The notes: generated by a model from the sequence alone, not told the origin. Positions 22,564-33,215 are shown, numbered from the stretch's first letter. The stretch is 64,000 bases of DNA from Candidatus Babeliales bacterium (GCA_963722075.1 CAVRJM010000001.1:1024001-1088000), one strand, 5' to 3'. Program-made: numbers and translations.

Positions 22564-23517
22564 TTACCGCATCCCCTTTATTAAATTGATTACTTCTTCT
22601 ACGCTCTTATTTTCATAAATAATACCATGCATCGCTTGTGTTAATGCAACCGCCTCTTGCAAGCTGCGTTGATGGATATTGCGCCCGGTAGCGCATCCAG
22701 CAACATTCCCTTTATGAATTTGATCATACAATTCTTGTAAAAAAACTTGTGTTGTTGTTTTAGCACCACCAGAAATAATTAATTTAGTTTTACCAGCCGC
22801 TTGCGCTGCGATTTGTAACCACTCATAAGAATTTTTATTACTGGATCCCCACGTCACTTCGTTCCTCGGGACGCCGACGCCAAACGTCGGCGTATTAATT
22901 TTTGCAAAATCGGCCCCAAGCGCAGCGGCCAGGCCTGCAACACCGGCAATAAGACTACCATCACGCTCATTTTTTACTGCATTACCACGTGGATACATCC
23001 ACAAAATAGCAATTAAGCCATGTTGATGCGCTTCATATATAAGCTGCGCCGCTTCATGAAGCATCTGCGGTTCATATACACTGCCCGGATACAAGGTATA
23101 GCCAATCCCAACGATCGAAAGGCCACTATTTTTTTTAAATGAAACTAGTTGATCAATCGTCCATAATTGCCTGCTCAATGGATCACGTTGTTCGGTTTTA
23201 ACCAAATCAGTTTTGCCATTCATTTTTACAATGTAATTAATAGAAGGAAACTGCATACCATATTGCGCAATAAGCCCCAAATGCGTGGCAAATGCGCCAA
23301 CATACCCACGCGCTGCAATGGTAAACATATGCGCCGGATCATTATCAGCCGGATCGATATTGGGACCATAAAAATCACGATTTAAATGTTCTACTTTTTG
23401 ATCGCATGAAAATAACAAGAGCCGATTGGTATCATGAGTTATTTTTCGATAATTTTTTTCATACTCAGCATGTGCATGCTGGGCAATATCAGCAGGTATT
23501 GATAGATCAGATTTCAT
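22564..23517 (-). CDS. fbaB: Class I (DhnA/FbaB-type) fructose-bisphosphate aldolase with in-frame palindrome insertion
   Basis: DQKVEH, ILWMYPRG, LGADFAK, SGG, ATGRNIHQ. Confidence 0.85.
   Translation of the reverse strand: MKSDLSIPADIAQHAHAEYEKNYRKITHDTNRLLLFSCDQKVEHLNRDFYGPNIDPADNDPAHMFTIAARGYVGAFATHLGLIAQYGMQFPSINYIVKMNGKTDLVKTEQRDPLSRQLWTIDQLVSFKKNSGLSIVGIGYTLYPGSVYEPQMLHEAAQLIYEAHQHGLIAILWMYPRGNAVKNERDGSLIAGVAGLAAALGADFAKINTPTFGVGVPRNEVTWGSSNKNSYEWLQIAAQAAGKTKLIISGGAKTTTQVFLQELYDQIHKGNVAGCATGRNIHQRSLQEAVALTQAMHGIIYENKSVEEVINLIKGMR
22841..22893 (-). repeat. Family B palindrome inserted in frame in aldolase
   Basis: Reverse complement GTCCCGAGGAACGAAGTGACGTGGGGATCCAG encodes GVPRNEVTWGSS. 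Confidence 0.85.
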
Positions 23518-23635
23518 TTTTTTCTTTCATATTATTTTATAACCGAACCTCATGCATTTTTATCCACTATTCATATTCAAAGTTTTAATCTTTTCGACAA
23601 AAACTTGCTGCAAGGATGTAAAATTCGCAAATTAA

Positions 23636-23839
23636 CGTCGTTGCGAGCTTGTCGAAGCAATCCAGTTTTTTATAAATTTCTCATCTTATAAAATTTACAT
23701 TGAATAAAAAATCACAACTCATAAATAACTCCATTTTATTATTTTTATTATCAACTTAAATTTTTATGTATTTGAATACTTTGAATACTCCATTTCTTTT
23801 TAATTAGCCTGGATTGCTTCGACAAGCTCGCAACGACGG
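23636..23839. repeat. Inverted pair of family A palindromes around an AT-rich spacer (REPIN/MITE-like)
   Basis: CGTCGTTGCGAGCTTGTCGAAGCAATCCAG...CTGGATTGCTTCGACAAGCTCGCAACGACG perfect 30-nt inverted repeat. Confidence 0.88.
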
Positions 23840-23901
23840 TTTTTTTAAACCACATATATTTTACCGCTTGTAACAGTCAATAACATTTCAAAATCTAGTT
23901 C

Positions 23902-25608
23902 TTATTTATTAATCATCTTTTCATGAAGCAATAAATCCTGCACCACCCGATCAAATAACGGAACGGCAACCCCCGCTGCCCGTAAATCCTTGCGCTGTGC
24001 ATCTTTAATAAACGTCACAATTAATCGCTTATACTCATCCTTTTCAATTATCCCTACAAACGTATAAATATTATGTTCGGGACTATAATGACCATCAACA
24101 ACTAAGTTTGCAGTTCCCGTTTTGCCCCAGACAGTATACCCTGGCATTCGTATTGCATTATTTTTTTGCAAAATCGTTTTAAGGGTGTTTAACGCGGTAG
24201 GCGAATATAAAGACTTTACCTTTATTAATGGATCACCACGCTCTGCTCGTGATGACATTACTCCCTCATTGTCATCCTGAGGAGCAAAGCGACGTGAGGA
24301 TCCAGCCACCATGTTTATCCCATCATTTTTTATAATAGTAAAAGGTATCAGCCTTCCATCGTTAGCAATAATGGAGAATGCTTGTGCTAATTGTAATAAG
24401 GTGGCTCGAATTTCATACCCAAATGAAAGGGCAATTAATGAGGAATGAGACCACCGTGTAGGAGGATTAACAAATCCTGCCTGCTGGCCTGGCCAATCAA
24501 AGGAGCTTTTTTTACCAAAACCTAATTTTACATAATGATCATATAATAATGGTCCTAAACGCACTGCTGTCTTTGCAATACCGATATTATTAGAATGTTG
24601 AATAACTTCAGCAAATGGGATTATTCCATGCGCTTTAACGGTGGTAAATTGAAACCCATTAATAACGGATGATATGTTATTTTCACAGTCAATTAATTCA
24701 TCAGGACTCACTAATCCTTCTTCAAGTAATGCTAACGCTGTAAATGCTTTCATCACCGAGCCAGGTTCATAGGCATCGGTAACAATTTTATTTTTAGTTT
24801 TTTCTTGTTCTATACTCGTAAAATCATGGGGATTAATCACCGGGTATTGAGCCATTGTTAAAATCTCACCGTTCATTGGATCAAGTACCAGCACCGCTCC
24901 TTCTTGTGCATTAAATTGGCGCACCGTTTTTTTAAGTTCTTGATATACTAAAAATTGCAAATCGTTATCAATTGTCAGGTGAACCGATTGCCCTTCAGAT
25001 CCTTGGCTCATTAACTCTTTTTTAAAATAAAAATGACCTGAACGTGCATCTTTTTCCAAGCAATAGGTAGTGGGGCTTCCTGAAAGATGCATATTATTAA
25101 TCAGCTCTATACCAAATAAACCGTTGTTATCAATATCAGTGATGCCAATAATATGAGAAAGTGCTTTACCGGGATAAAATCTACTTGGTTCTTTTAATAA
25201 TTTAATATCATCGATATCACTTGATTCAATAACATAAATATCCCGCTCAGATAATTTTCGTTTAATATACATAAACGACGTATGCGGGTTAGCATGCAAG
25301 CGCGCTAGTGCTTGTGGAAAATGCTTTTTTAAAAAAGGTTCTACTCGTTCTACTTTATCTAATTGATTAGGCAAAATAAAAGCTGAAAGAATATCTTGAT
25401 TAAGGGCAAGCATAGTATTATGGCGATCGTAAATAATACCTCGCGGCGGAAGCTGCTTTACCGTTACTTTATATTGCTGTTGCCCTAAATGAGTAAAAAA
25501 ATTGCGTTGCTTAATCTGAATCATATAGAGCATGCCAATAATCAAAAAATAGCCAAAGCAAAAAAGGAAAAATACAAAAACCATTCGAATTTTATAACTG
25601 GTATTCAT
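23902..25608 (-). CDS. ftsI: Class B penicillin-binding protein FtsI with in-frame palindrome insertion
   Basis: PRGIIYDR, EPGSVMK (SxxK), SNN (SxN), GKTGT. Confidence 0.92.
   Translation of the reverse strand: MNTSYKIRMVFVFFLFCFGYFLIIGMLYMIQIKQRNFFTHLGQQQYKVTVKQLPPRGIIYDRHNTMLALNQDILSAFILPNQLDKVERVEPFLKKHFPQALARLHANPHTSFMYIKRKLSERDIYVIESSDIDDIKLLKEPSRFYPGKALSHIIGITDIDNNGLFGIELINNMHLSGSPTTYCLEKDARSGHFYFKKELMSQGSEGQSVHLTIDNDLQFLVYQELKKTVRQFNAQEGAVLVLDPMNGEILTMAQYPVINPHDFTSIEQEKTKNKIVTDAYEPGSVMKAFTALALLEEGLVSPDELIDCENNISSVINGFQFTTVKAHGIIPFAEVIQHSNNIGIAKTAVRLGPLLYDHYVKLGFGKKSSFDWPGQQAGFVNPPTRWSHSSLIALSFGYEIRATLLQLAQAFSIIANDGRLIPFTIIKNDGINMVAGSSRRFAPQDDNEGVMSSRAERGDPLIKVKSLYSPTALNTLKTILQKNNAIRMPGYTVWGKTGTANLVVDGHYSPEHNIYTFVGIIEKDEYKRLIVTFIKDAQRKDLRAAGVAVPLFDRVVQDLLLHEKMINK
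24224..24305. repeat. Two family B palindromes inserted in frame in ftsI
   Basis: TGGATCACCACGCTCTGCTCGTGATGAC and GTCATCCTGAGGAGCAAAGCGACGTGAGGATCCAG; encode GSSRRFAPQDDNEGVMSSRAERGDPLI. Confidence 0.88.
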
Positions 25609-25610
25609 AG

Positions 25611-25883
25611 CTATGATTCAATAGAGAGTGATTTAATTGCTTTTGGGTTTATTTTTTCCATCTTTAATTCATGCTGCGCGTAATGCTTGATAGCCGTTTT
25701 ATCTTGAGCCATACATAATTTTTGCTGCAACCGTTCTTTTTCTTTTAATAACGCATTTTTTACTTTTTCTTGTTGTTGCTTTTGAAATGATAATTCAACA
25801 ATACGGCTATTTTTATATATAAGAAAAAAAATCAACAAAACTTGGACGCTCATAACTATTAGTATAAAAGGGGAACGCTTCAT
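25611..25883 (-). CDS. ftsL: FtsL-like septal protein
   Basis: TM plus coiled coil plus IKHYAQHELKM; immediately upstream of ftsI. Confidence 0.7.
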   Translation of the reverse strand: MKRSPFILIVMSVQVLLIFFLIYKNSRIVELSFQKQQQEKVKNALLKEKERLQQKLCMAQDKTAIKHYAQHELKMEKINPKAIKSLSIES

Positions 25884-26056
25884 ATGCCACTTCTTTAATA
25901 AAAAAATTTTATTTTATTAAAGCATAGCGTAATAGTTGCATAGTTATAAAGAGATTAAAGAGGGCTTTTGACAAATTGAAATTAATATTTATATTGGTAA
26001 TTATAGATATTAATATTTTTAGAATTTATTTCTATTTTAAAAAATGTGAGGTTATA

Positions 26057-29000
26057 ATGGTCAAGTGTTTCTATTTCTGTTTTTCTCTTCTGTTTATGGG
26101 CGTATTTGCCGCTTCAGGCATGGAAGATCCACAAAAAGATGATGCTTCTCCTTTTACAGCAAAAAAATTTATCATAACTCATAAATCAACGGTAGGCGCT
26201 GAATACGGAACCGAAGTTCATAATGAAGCACTCGAAAATGATATAAAAAAAGAATTACAGTCACTTCCTTTTGAAGTAGAGCCGTTAAAGGGCTCGTTAT
26301 TTCTTATGGAATATGAGAGTGGCGATAAAACCCTTGGTGTTGTACATGATTTAACAGCACAAAAAATATTTATTTCGTATATTGAGCAAAAAGATCCACA
26401 TAATATCAAAAATTTACGTGTTGTAGTTGAACGTGAGCGTGAGTTAGAGAGAGAAGCAGGTTCAGACGAATATTTACCGGGTAAATTTAAATCACGAACA
26501 TCTGTGTTTTATGATATTGCGTCGCCTTACTATAAAGAACCAGTAGAAAAATCAGACAATCCCGTTTCTAAACACGTATGGTATAATCCATTTACATGGG
26601 GCAGATCGGATAGGGAAACTCCTAATGAAAATATTCGTAAATTCCAAGAAAACAGCAGATCCAAGTTTGAACAACAAAAAATGCAAAATAAACAAACGGG
26701 CGATCGAATTGATTATAAATTTGCCTCAAAAGAAGACCAAAAGATGTTTGAAAATACTGTTCAATCTATTATGGATCATTACCATAATCCTGAGGGACAA
26801 CAAGCTATAAAAAAATATTGTGATCAGTATAATTCAACTACTTATCAATTAGCAAGGCAAGAAGCAGAAAAAAGGATGTCACAAGCATTTACCTCTACAA
26901 TGAAAATCCCTTTCAATGCTTCCCAAAAAGAAGAACCTAAAAAAGAGCCAATGATCCCTATCTATAATGATCGACAAGAAATTATCGGATCTATGCCGGC
27001 CAGTCAGATTGATGCAGTTTTAGCAGATCAACCCGGAACACATAATGCTGAAGAAAATCAAAATACAGAAAATGCTCAACCAGATGAAAAAGCAGAGCAA
27101 TTTTTTGAAGAAAAAATAAAAGAGCATGAAAAAGAAAATAAGGAAAATAAAGAAAAACAAGAAGAAGAACAAAGCTCAAAAGAAAAAGATAACAAAGAAA
27201 AAGAAGATAAAAAATCAACTTCTGAAAAACCTAAAAGAGATATTCAAACTGAATTTGAAACGGTGAAACGGCATTCAAGCTATAAAAGCAAAATGTTAAA
27301 TGAAATAAAAAATAGCACTTTAGGCCGAAACTCCGCTATTCCTCAAGAACTTACTCAACATCATCAAAGAAATAATTATAACGCACAAATACAAGAAATT
27401 CGCCAAACAGCAGCGACATCACCACAACAACAGCAAAAGGATCAATTCGTCCAATCCATAAATCCTTCGTACGCACCTTCTTATCCACAAAAACAACATA
27501 ATTCCTCGCAACCACCAATTAATCAACATGCATTAGATCGAGGATATCAACTTCAAGCGACTGGTTTTAAATCAAAAGTTGTTGAACAATATGAAGCGCA
27601 ACAACAGCAATCCCAGCCTCAGCCTTATATGCCATGGTATCATGATGATGATGAAGATGACGAGGATGATAAGGAGGATGATGCCTGCTATCAAAGGGTT
27701 GCATATCATAACTATATGATATATAAACAAGAACAAAAACAACAAAAACGACACGCTCAAATTAATGAGCTTAGTAATAACTTACATGATCCTTTATTAA
27801 CTGATATCGATCATCAAAAAATCTTTAATGAATTACAAGAAATAAAAGAACTTCAACGAGGAAGAAGAAAATGGAATCATAACCAGCCCATTACAATTGC
27901 AGAATTAGATGACGATTTATTAAGCTACTTGGGTAGTACAATTGATGTTTGCATAATTAAACAACGTCAAAATAAAACGCTTGAAAATCTTCAAGAGGAA
28001 GCGAAAAAAAGAGAGGAGCGAAAATATAAACAAGAGCAAGAACGTATTCAAAAAGAAAAACTTCTAGAAGAACATCATGCCTTGCAAAATAAAGTTCATT
28101 CCTTAAAAAATACGAGAGAAAACCGAAATAAAATTTCAAATCCCACGTATGTATCATTATATAAAACAATCACGGGGTTGCATGATAATGCAACGTCTAA
28201 AAGTGCTACCCTACCGGTATTGACATCTGATAATACGATTGAGCAAATTAAAGAAAAAAATAAGGAGTTGGAACACTCTATTACTTCTTTAGAAAATCAA
28301 AGTAAAGAAAGCCAAAAACAATATAATAAATTGCAACGCCAAATTAAGGAATCAAAAAATCAATACATTTCTATACGATCTACTTTAGATATTGCTGATT
28401 CTAGAAAAGAAAATTGGACAGCTGTTCAAGCAGGGTTACGTTATCAAAGACGATTACAACAATTAAGAGCGCAACCAATAACATTACCGCCATCAAACAG
28501 AGCGCATAAGAAATCGACAAATAGCGCCTCTTCAAAAAAAGAAGAGTCTTTGCAATCAGATGATGATCAACAATCGGTAAAAAAACATGAAGTACCTTCA
28601 AGTGCACAACCTACTTCTTTGGAAGATTGCGATACAATAATTCAAAATGATCAAAATATAGCCTACTTGCTAGATCATATTTCTGCTACTGATATGATCG
28701 TAACTTCACAAGGCCAGGATTTTTTAGAACGATCAGGAATTGATGTACAAAAATGTATGGAATTCAATGGAAATGAACAGCAAAACGCACTCAACGATAA
28801 GCTCCTAAATTTTGCTAATTATATTGGTAACAAAATAGCTACTGATGAAAGTGAATTAGCACAAAAAGTCAGAAGAATCGGTACTAATGTTCTTCACGTA
28901 GTAAATTGTTGCAAAGAACAAAATTTAATTGAAGCTGGCTCAGCTTTATTACAACTTTCAACTGATTTAATAAGATTCAGCACTATTCCGGAAGAAACTA

Positions 29001-30328
29001 TCGCTAAAACAATTTATGAAACCGTTACCCACCCAGGAGAATATATTCAACAACGCGTCGATAATGCATTAGATCTGCTCAAAGAAGTTGCTCGATTTGC
29101 ATATCACGTAACTCAAGCTGCCGAAATGGGAGAATTTGAACAATTTGGCAACTTCGGTACTGAGCGAGAAGCAAAATTAATTGAAGAACAAGAGATATAT
29201 GGCCGTTGGTTAGCAGAACGTATTGAGGGAACAATTAGTTCATTAGCAACCATGCCTCTCAAAGAACGCGAAGAAGTTTTTGCACATTTGATAGCTGATG
29301 GTGGAGTTGATTACTTAGCAGGTTCAGCATTAGTAAGCGCAGCAAAAGTTGGTAAAAAAATTATCAACCCAAGAACTCCTGCGCCAAGAGCACCTCATTT
29401 TCACGCCAGTAGTTCTCATACCATTGTTGAAGTTGATGAGGCAACTGGGCTGACCAGAATTGTTTCACCAGAAGAATCTGTAATTAATAAAGTTGCTCAA
29501 GAATCAGGACAGGTATTTAATCAGCAAGTATCGCCACAAGAGCCGACGTGCATGGGCTCCAATGGAATGCCATTGTTGGAAGAATTACAACCAAGTAGTA
29601 GTAAGCCGCAAGGAAAACAAAATGTTAATAAAGCACCTTGTGCTAAAAAGCCAAGCTCAGTTATTTTAAATGAATTTTTAGATCAGCAGGCCCTCTTAGA
29701 AACAAAATACGGAGCGCCGGTTGTTAAAGAAGTAATTGATTATTTAAACCTTGATGATCAAAAAATAACGACACTTACGAATAAAAATGTGGCTGCCAAT
29801 TCAAATAAGCCATTAATTCAGCATGTTGAATGTGTTGTAAAAGATGTTATAGATTTAAATAGTGAACCGCGTATGGGACCATGGAGATTTGATCCCTCAA
29901 AAGGGAATAAATGCGATTTGACTTCAATTGAAGAAGCGTTAGCTGCTCGCAAATGCGAAGAAAATGGATTTTTAAGAATACAATGCCGAGATCCTAGAAA
30001 AAATGCTGGCGATTTTATAGATATAAATGGGCAATCATGGGATGTAAAATCACCAAGATCCTATGCAGTACTTACTGACGAATATATACTTAATGATAAA
30101 ATGTTAAATAAATTTGTGAAGGGTATTGACAAGGAATTAGCTAAACCGACTAATGAAAATATTATTTTGAATGTTTCTTATTTAACACAACAAGATGCAA
30201 GTCGATTATTTAATGCTATTAAAGAAGAAATTCCAAATCATGATTTACAAAGAATAATTTTAATTAATAGATTTAATGAACAATATAATTCTTCTGATTT
30301 TGGTAAATTTTTAAATGAATATAAATGA
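26057..30328 (+). CDS. Large exported polymorphic toxin with C-terminal PD-(D/E)xK-like nuclease
   Basis: Signal peptide; low-complexity and coiled-coil body; C-terminal EEALAA..EENG..RDP..GDFID..GQSWDVKS; overlapping small acidic gene downstream. Confidence 0.7.
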   Translation: MVKCFYFCFSLLFMGVFAASGMEDPQKDDASPFTAKKFIITHKSTVGAEYGTEVHNEALENDIKKELQSLPFEVEPLKGSLFLMEYESGDKTLGVVHDLTAQKIFISYIEQKDPHNIKNLRVVVERERELEREAGSDEYLPGKFKSRTSVFYDIASPYYKEPVEKSDNPVSKHVWYNPFTWGRSDRETPNENIRKFQENSRSKFEQQKMQNKQTGDRIDYKFASKEDQKMFENTVQSIMDHYHNPEGQQAIKKYCDQYNSTTYQLARQEAEKRMSQAFTSTMKIPFNASQKEEPKKEPMIPIYNDRQEIIGSMPASQIDAVLADQPGTHNAEENQNTENAQPDEKAEQFFEEKIKEHEKENKENKEKQEEEQSSKEKDNKEKEDKKSTSEKPKRDIQTEFETVKRHSSYKSKMLNEIKNSTLGRNSAIPQELTQHHQRNNYNAQIQEIRQTAATSPQQQQKDQFVQSINPSYAPSYPQKQHNSSQPPINQHALDRGYQLQATGFKSKVVEQYEAQQQQSQPQPYMPWYHDDDEDDEDDKEDDACYQRVAYHNYMIYKQEQKQQKRHAQINELSNNLHDPLLTDIDHQKIFNELQEIKELQRGRRKWNHNQPITIAELDDDLLSYLGSTIDVCIIKQRQNKTLENLQEEAKKREERKYKQEQERIQKEKLLEEHHALQNKVHSLKNTRENRNKISNPTYVSLYKTITGLHDNATSKSATLPVLTSDNTIEQIKEKNKELEHSITSLENQSKESQKQYNKLQRQIKESKNQYISIRSTLDIADSRKENWTAVQAGLRYQRRLQQLRAQPITLPPSNRAHKKSTNSASSKKEESLQSDDDQQSVKKHEVPSSAQPTSLEDCDTIIQNDQNIAYLLDHISATDMIVTSQGQDFLERSGIDVQKCMEFNGNEQQNALNDKLLNFANYIGNKIATDESELAQKVRRIGTNVLHVVNCCKEQNLIEAGSALLQLSTDLIRFSTIPEETIAKTIYETVTHPGEYIQQRVDNALDLLKEVARFAYHVTQAAEMGEFEQFGNFGTEREAKLIEEQEIYGRWLAERIEGTISSLATMPLKEREEVFAHLIADGGVDYLAGSALVSAAKVGKKIINPRTPAPRAPHFHASSSHTIVEVDEATGLTRIVSPEESVINKVAQESGQVFNQQVSPQEPTCMGSNGMPLLEELQPSSSKPQGKQNVNKAPCAKKPSSVILNEFLDQQALLETKYGAPVVKEVIDYLNLDDQKITTLTNKNVAANSNKPLIQHVECVVKDVIDLNSEPRMGPWRFDPSKGNKCDLTSIEEALAARKCEENGFLRIQCRDPRKNAGDFIDINGQSWDVKSPRSYAVLTDEYILNDKMLNKFVKGIDKELAKPTNENIILNVSYLTQQDASRLFNAIKEEIPNHDLQRIILINRFNEQYNSSDFGKFLNEYK

Positions 30329-30684
30329 GAAATAAGATGGGAACAATGATTTTTTTAAAAGATAACATTATTTTAGATACCTCAGGAGGAGTTATTTCAG
30401 GTTTATGTTTTTCTGTGGAAAAAATTATATATGAACAAAAATTAAAAGTTAGTAAAGATTTAACAGAACTGATCGATTATTGGTCCATTTCCTATGGTTT
30501 TATGCCATTTGATATAGCAGATTTTATATATACAAAGGAAGATTTATTTGCTTTTACAGATCTTATGAGGAAAGGAATCGATCGTTTTTATCAAGAAAAC
30601 CCCGGCCTCCCACAATATACTATTGATAATTTAGAAAATTTTTACAAAGCATTAGTTGAAGCACAGAAAACATTTCCACAGTAA
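30325..30684 (+). CDS. Putative cognate immunity protein
   Basis: ATGA overlap with toxin stop; 119 aa, acidic/aromatic, no signal peptide. Confidence 0.65.
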   Translation: MRNKMGTMIFLKDNIILDTSGGVISGLCFSVEKIIYEQKLKVSKDLTELIDYWSISYGFMPFDIADFIYTKEDLFAFTDLMRKGIDRFYQENPGLPQYTIDNLENFYKALVEAQKTFPQ

Positions 30685-31401
30685 AAATATTTTCTTCGTC
30701 CTTTAAGACATTTTACTAATATTCGGAATCATTTTTCGAAAAAATGGGTTGCTAACACCGTTTACCAAATCGGTACCCAGCCAAGCAAGTATATTCAACA
30801 GCGGGCCGAAAGTATTGTAGGTACGCTTAAAGAAGTTGCTGGCTTTGCATATTATATAGCGCAATCTGCCGAAGTTGGTGATTATGAGCAATTTGGGAAC
30901 TTTGATCTTTCTTCTCTTACTATTTCTTCCGTAATTACTTCAATAGACGAAGCTCATCAAGCATTTAATAGTTTTACAAAAGGAGCATTTGTTAAAGATT
31001 TTGTAAAATCACTAAAAACGGGAAGGGGAAGTATCGCGTATACCCATGAAGATGTTACGCGTATTATACATGACATGATTAAGTATCGTGGCATGATTGA
31101 AGGAGGAATTGTTTTAAGGGAGGTAGTAGAATTAATCCCTCATTCTGAAGTTAGGTTTTTTGCAATACACAACAACCTTTTCAGTCCTGTTTCTTCCCCT
31201 CAAAAATATGCTCTAGCTTATGAGGTTATGCAAAAATTACAGCACAAAAATCTTATTTTTTATTCTATTGATATAGCAACTACCAGTGAAGGTAGGGAGC
31301 TTGTTATAGAAATTGGTGATGGGCAAGTTTCTGATTATGTTGGATGGCACCTTAATGATTTTATTCCAGTTCTTTGTCAGCTGGCACAATTATGTTTATA
31401 A
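30685..31401 (+). pseudogene. Start-less open frame: orphan pre-toxin fragment fused to truncated ATP-grasp (R2K/DUF4343-like) domain
   Basis: VANTVYQIGTQPSKYIQQR...EQFGNFD matches toxin IAKTIYETVTHPGEYIQQR...EQFGNFG; then FVKDFVKS, YRGMIEGGIVLRE, EVRFF, IEIGDGQVSD. Confidence 0.7.
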
Positions 31402-31405
31402 ATAA

Positions 31406-31437
31406 AAAAGGAGCCACAGAATTATTGTATGGCTCCT
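31406..31437. terminator. Terminator-like hairpin between convergent genes
   Basis: AGGAGCCA...TGGCTCCT with A-tract. Confidence 0.55.
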
Positions 31438-31452
31438 AATTAATTCTAAATT

Positions 31453-31908
31453 TTAAGCAGGGCTGGCGGCTGTTCTTTGTGCTAGAGCTTGTTGTGTTCC
31501 GCAATAGGCAGCAGCACCAATAGTATAGGCAACAATTGCTTGAAGCATTCGTACCCCAATGCCAATTGCAGCACCATTACTAAAGGTTTCAAATTTCTCT
31601 TTAGCTGCCATTGGAATATCAAATAAATCAAGGCCTAAGGTAAGCCCATAGGTCCATGGCAACCAATAGCCATTCCATAATCCAAACCAAAATGCACCGC
31701 TCTTATACCATGGCTTTGCGATCGAATCTTTATACATACGATTAGATTCAGCAGCTGGTTGATCTTGCTCAGCAGGTGGAATCGATTCATTTCTTGTTCT
31801 TACTTCAATTACATACTCTTCCATAATCATTTCGCTTTGTAATGGTTGAAAGGTATTAATAAGTAAGCTTAATACCAATGCCGGTATCACTCTTTTTATA
31901 TTTTTCAT
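31453..31908 (-). CDS. Exported or membrane hypothetical protein
   Basis: AGGGG RBS; signal peptide; two hydrophobic Gly/Trp-rich segments. Confidence 0.65.
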   Translation of the reverse strand: MKNIKRVIPALVLSLLINTFQPLQSEMIMEEYVIEVRTRNESIPPAEQDQPAAESNRMYKDSIAKPWYKSGAFWFGLWNGYWLPWTYGLTLGLDLFDIPMAAKEKFETFSNGAAIGIGVRMLQAIVAYTIGAAAYCGTQQALAQRTAASPA

Positions 31909-32080
31909 GGTAACCCCTTCCTCAGGTATTGTTAAACAACTTTTAATTACTATAAGTCTTACTATAAAAAAAGCGCAACAATAAAGCAAAAACAGATCTT
32001 TTATCATTAATTAATTGACTATTTGCAATAATTAATATTATTATAACTATATAAGATATTTCTTCTTGAAAAGGAATTCC

Positions 32081-33202
32081 ATGGGTAATAGAAAACGGAT
32101 GTACTTCTTTTTTATTTTTTTTATAAGTCCTTTTGCTATAAAAAATATCAATGGGGCTTTAACAATAGCTGATTTATTACCGCCTGTGATTCATGCAAAA
32201 ATTTTTGAAACATTTATTCCCGATCAATTTGATGATCCAGAAGAAATTATTACCGCAATTCACAATGTAATAAATTTTCTCAAGACAAATAGTTATTTTT
32301 TGCAATTTAAAAAACTTATTTATGATGATAAATTACCCCGAATAATTAAAGAAAGAGCATCTTCTGAACTTATTGTACAAGCATTACAAAAAGCACTAAA
32401 TGACGAAGATTATCCTGTTTTAAAAATCTTATTTTCAATTGGAGCCACCTTAAAAAATCAAGAAAAACGTACCGTTTTAGGCAGTTTGATAGAAAAAAAT
32501 AATGAGATGAATACACTAGGGTGGTTTAGCATAGATAAAATTAAAAAAGAAAATGATCACGCCATTGCTCTTTTTTTCAACGGCCTATCAAAAGCAATTG
32601 AGGCAGGTTATGATCCGCTTCCGTTATTAATTAACCCTGCTGGCGTATCCATTACTATAAAAAAAAGAACTAGTGATCCTACTCCCTTTATTGCCTCAAT
32701 ATTTTCTAATACACCACTTATCACTAAACAAATTATAAAATTAGCACAATCTCAAGATATTCTTAATGAGCTGGTAAAAGAAGCTAATGAATATGATGCA
32801 TCTATTTTACATTTATTGTTAACACACTTTTTTGCTGACTTAAAAAAAGATTCTGTACTTGTTCCGATTTGGTTGAGCATAATTACCCTGTTATTTCAAG
32901 TAACCAGTGAAGACCCTGCATTTTATGCTTACTTATTGGAAACTCCCAATGCTGAAGGCAACACTCCAATTATACGAGCTCTTAAAGAATCTCTTGCTAC
33001 CCACAGCCAACTGGCCTTAAAATTAGTGAATTTTTTATATAAAAAAGGGCAACAAACACAAAGTACTCATTTAATGATACCAAATAAGCATCATGAAACA
33101 GCACAACAACTTATTGACCAATATGGATTACAACAACAACCACAGCAAACTACCAAACCATGTAAAAAATATAATAAAAATGGACAATGCATTTTATATT
33201 AA
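32081..33202 (+). CDS. Exported F-box-like plus degenerate ankyrin protein
   Basis: IADLLPPVIHAKIF after signal peptide; NAEGNTPIIRA, NKHHETAQQL. Confidence 0.65.
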   Translation: MGNRKRMYFFFIFFISPFAIKNINGALTIADLLPPVIHAKIFETFIPDQFDDPEEIITAIHNVINFLKTNSYFLQFKKLIYDDKLPRIIKERASSELIVQALQKALNDEDYPVLKILFSIGATLKNQEKRTVLGSLIEKNNEMNTLGWFSIDKIKKENDHAIALFFNGLSKAIEAGYDPLPLLINPAGVSITIKKRTSDPTPFIASIFSNTPLITKQIIKLAQSQDILNELVKEANEYDASILHLLLTHFFADLKKDSVLVPIWLSIITLLFQVTSEDPAFYAYLLETPNAEGNTPIIRALKESLATHSQLALKLVNFLYKKGQQTQSTHLMIPNKHHETAQQLIDQYGLQQQPQQTTKPCKKYNKNGQCILY

Positions 33203-33215
33203 AGGAGAAAAAATT

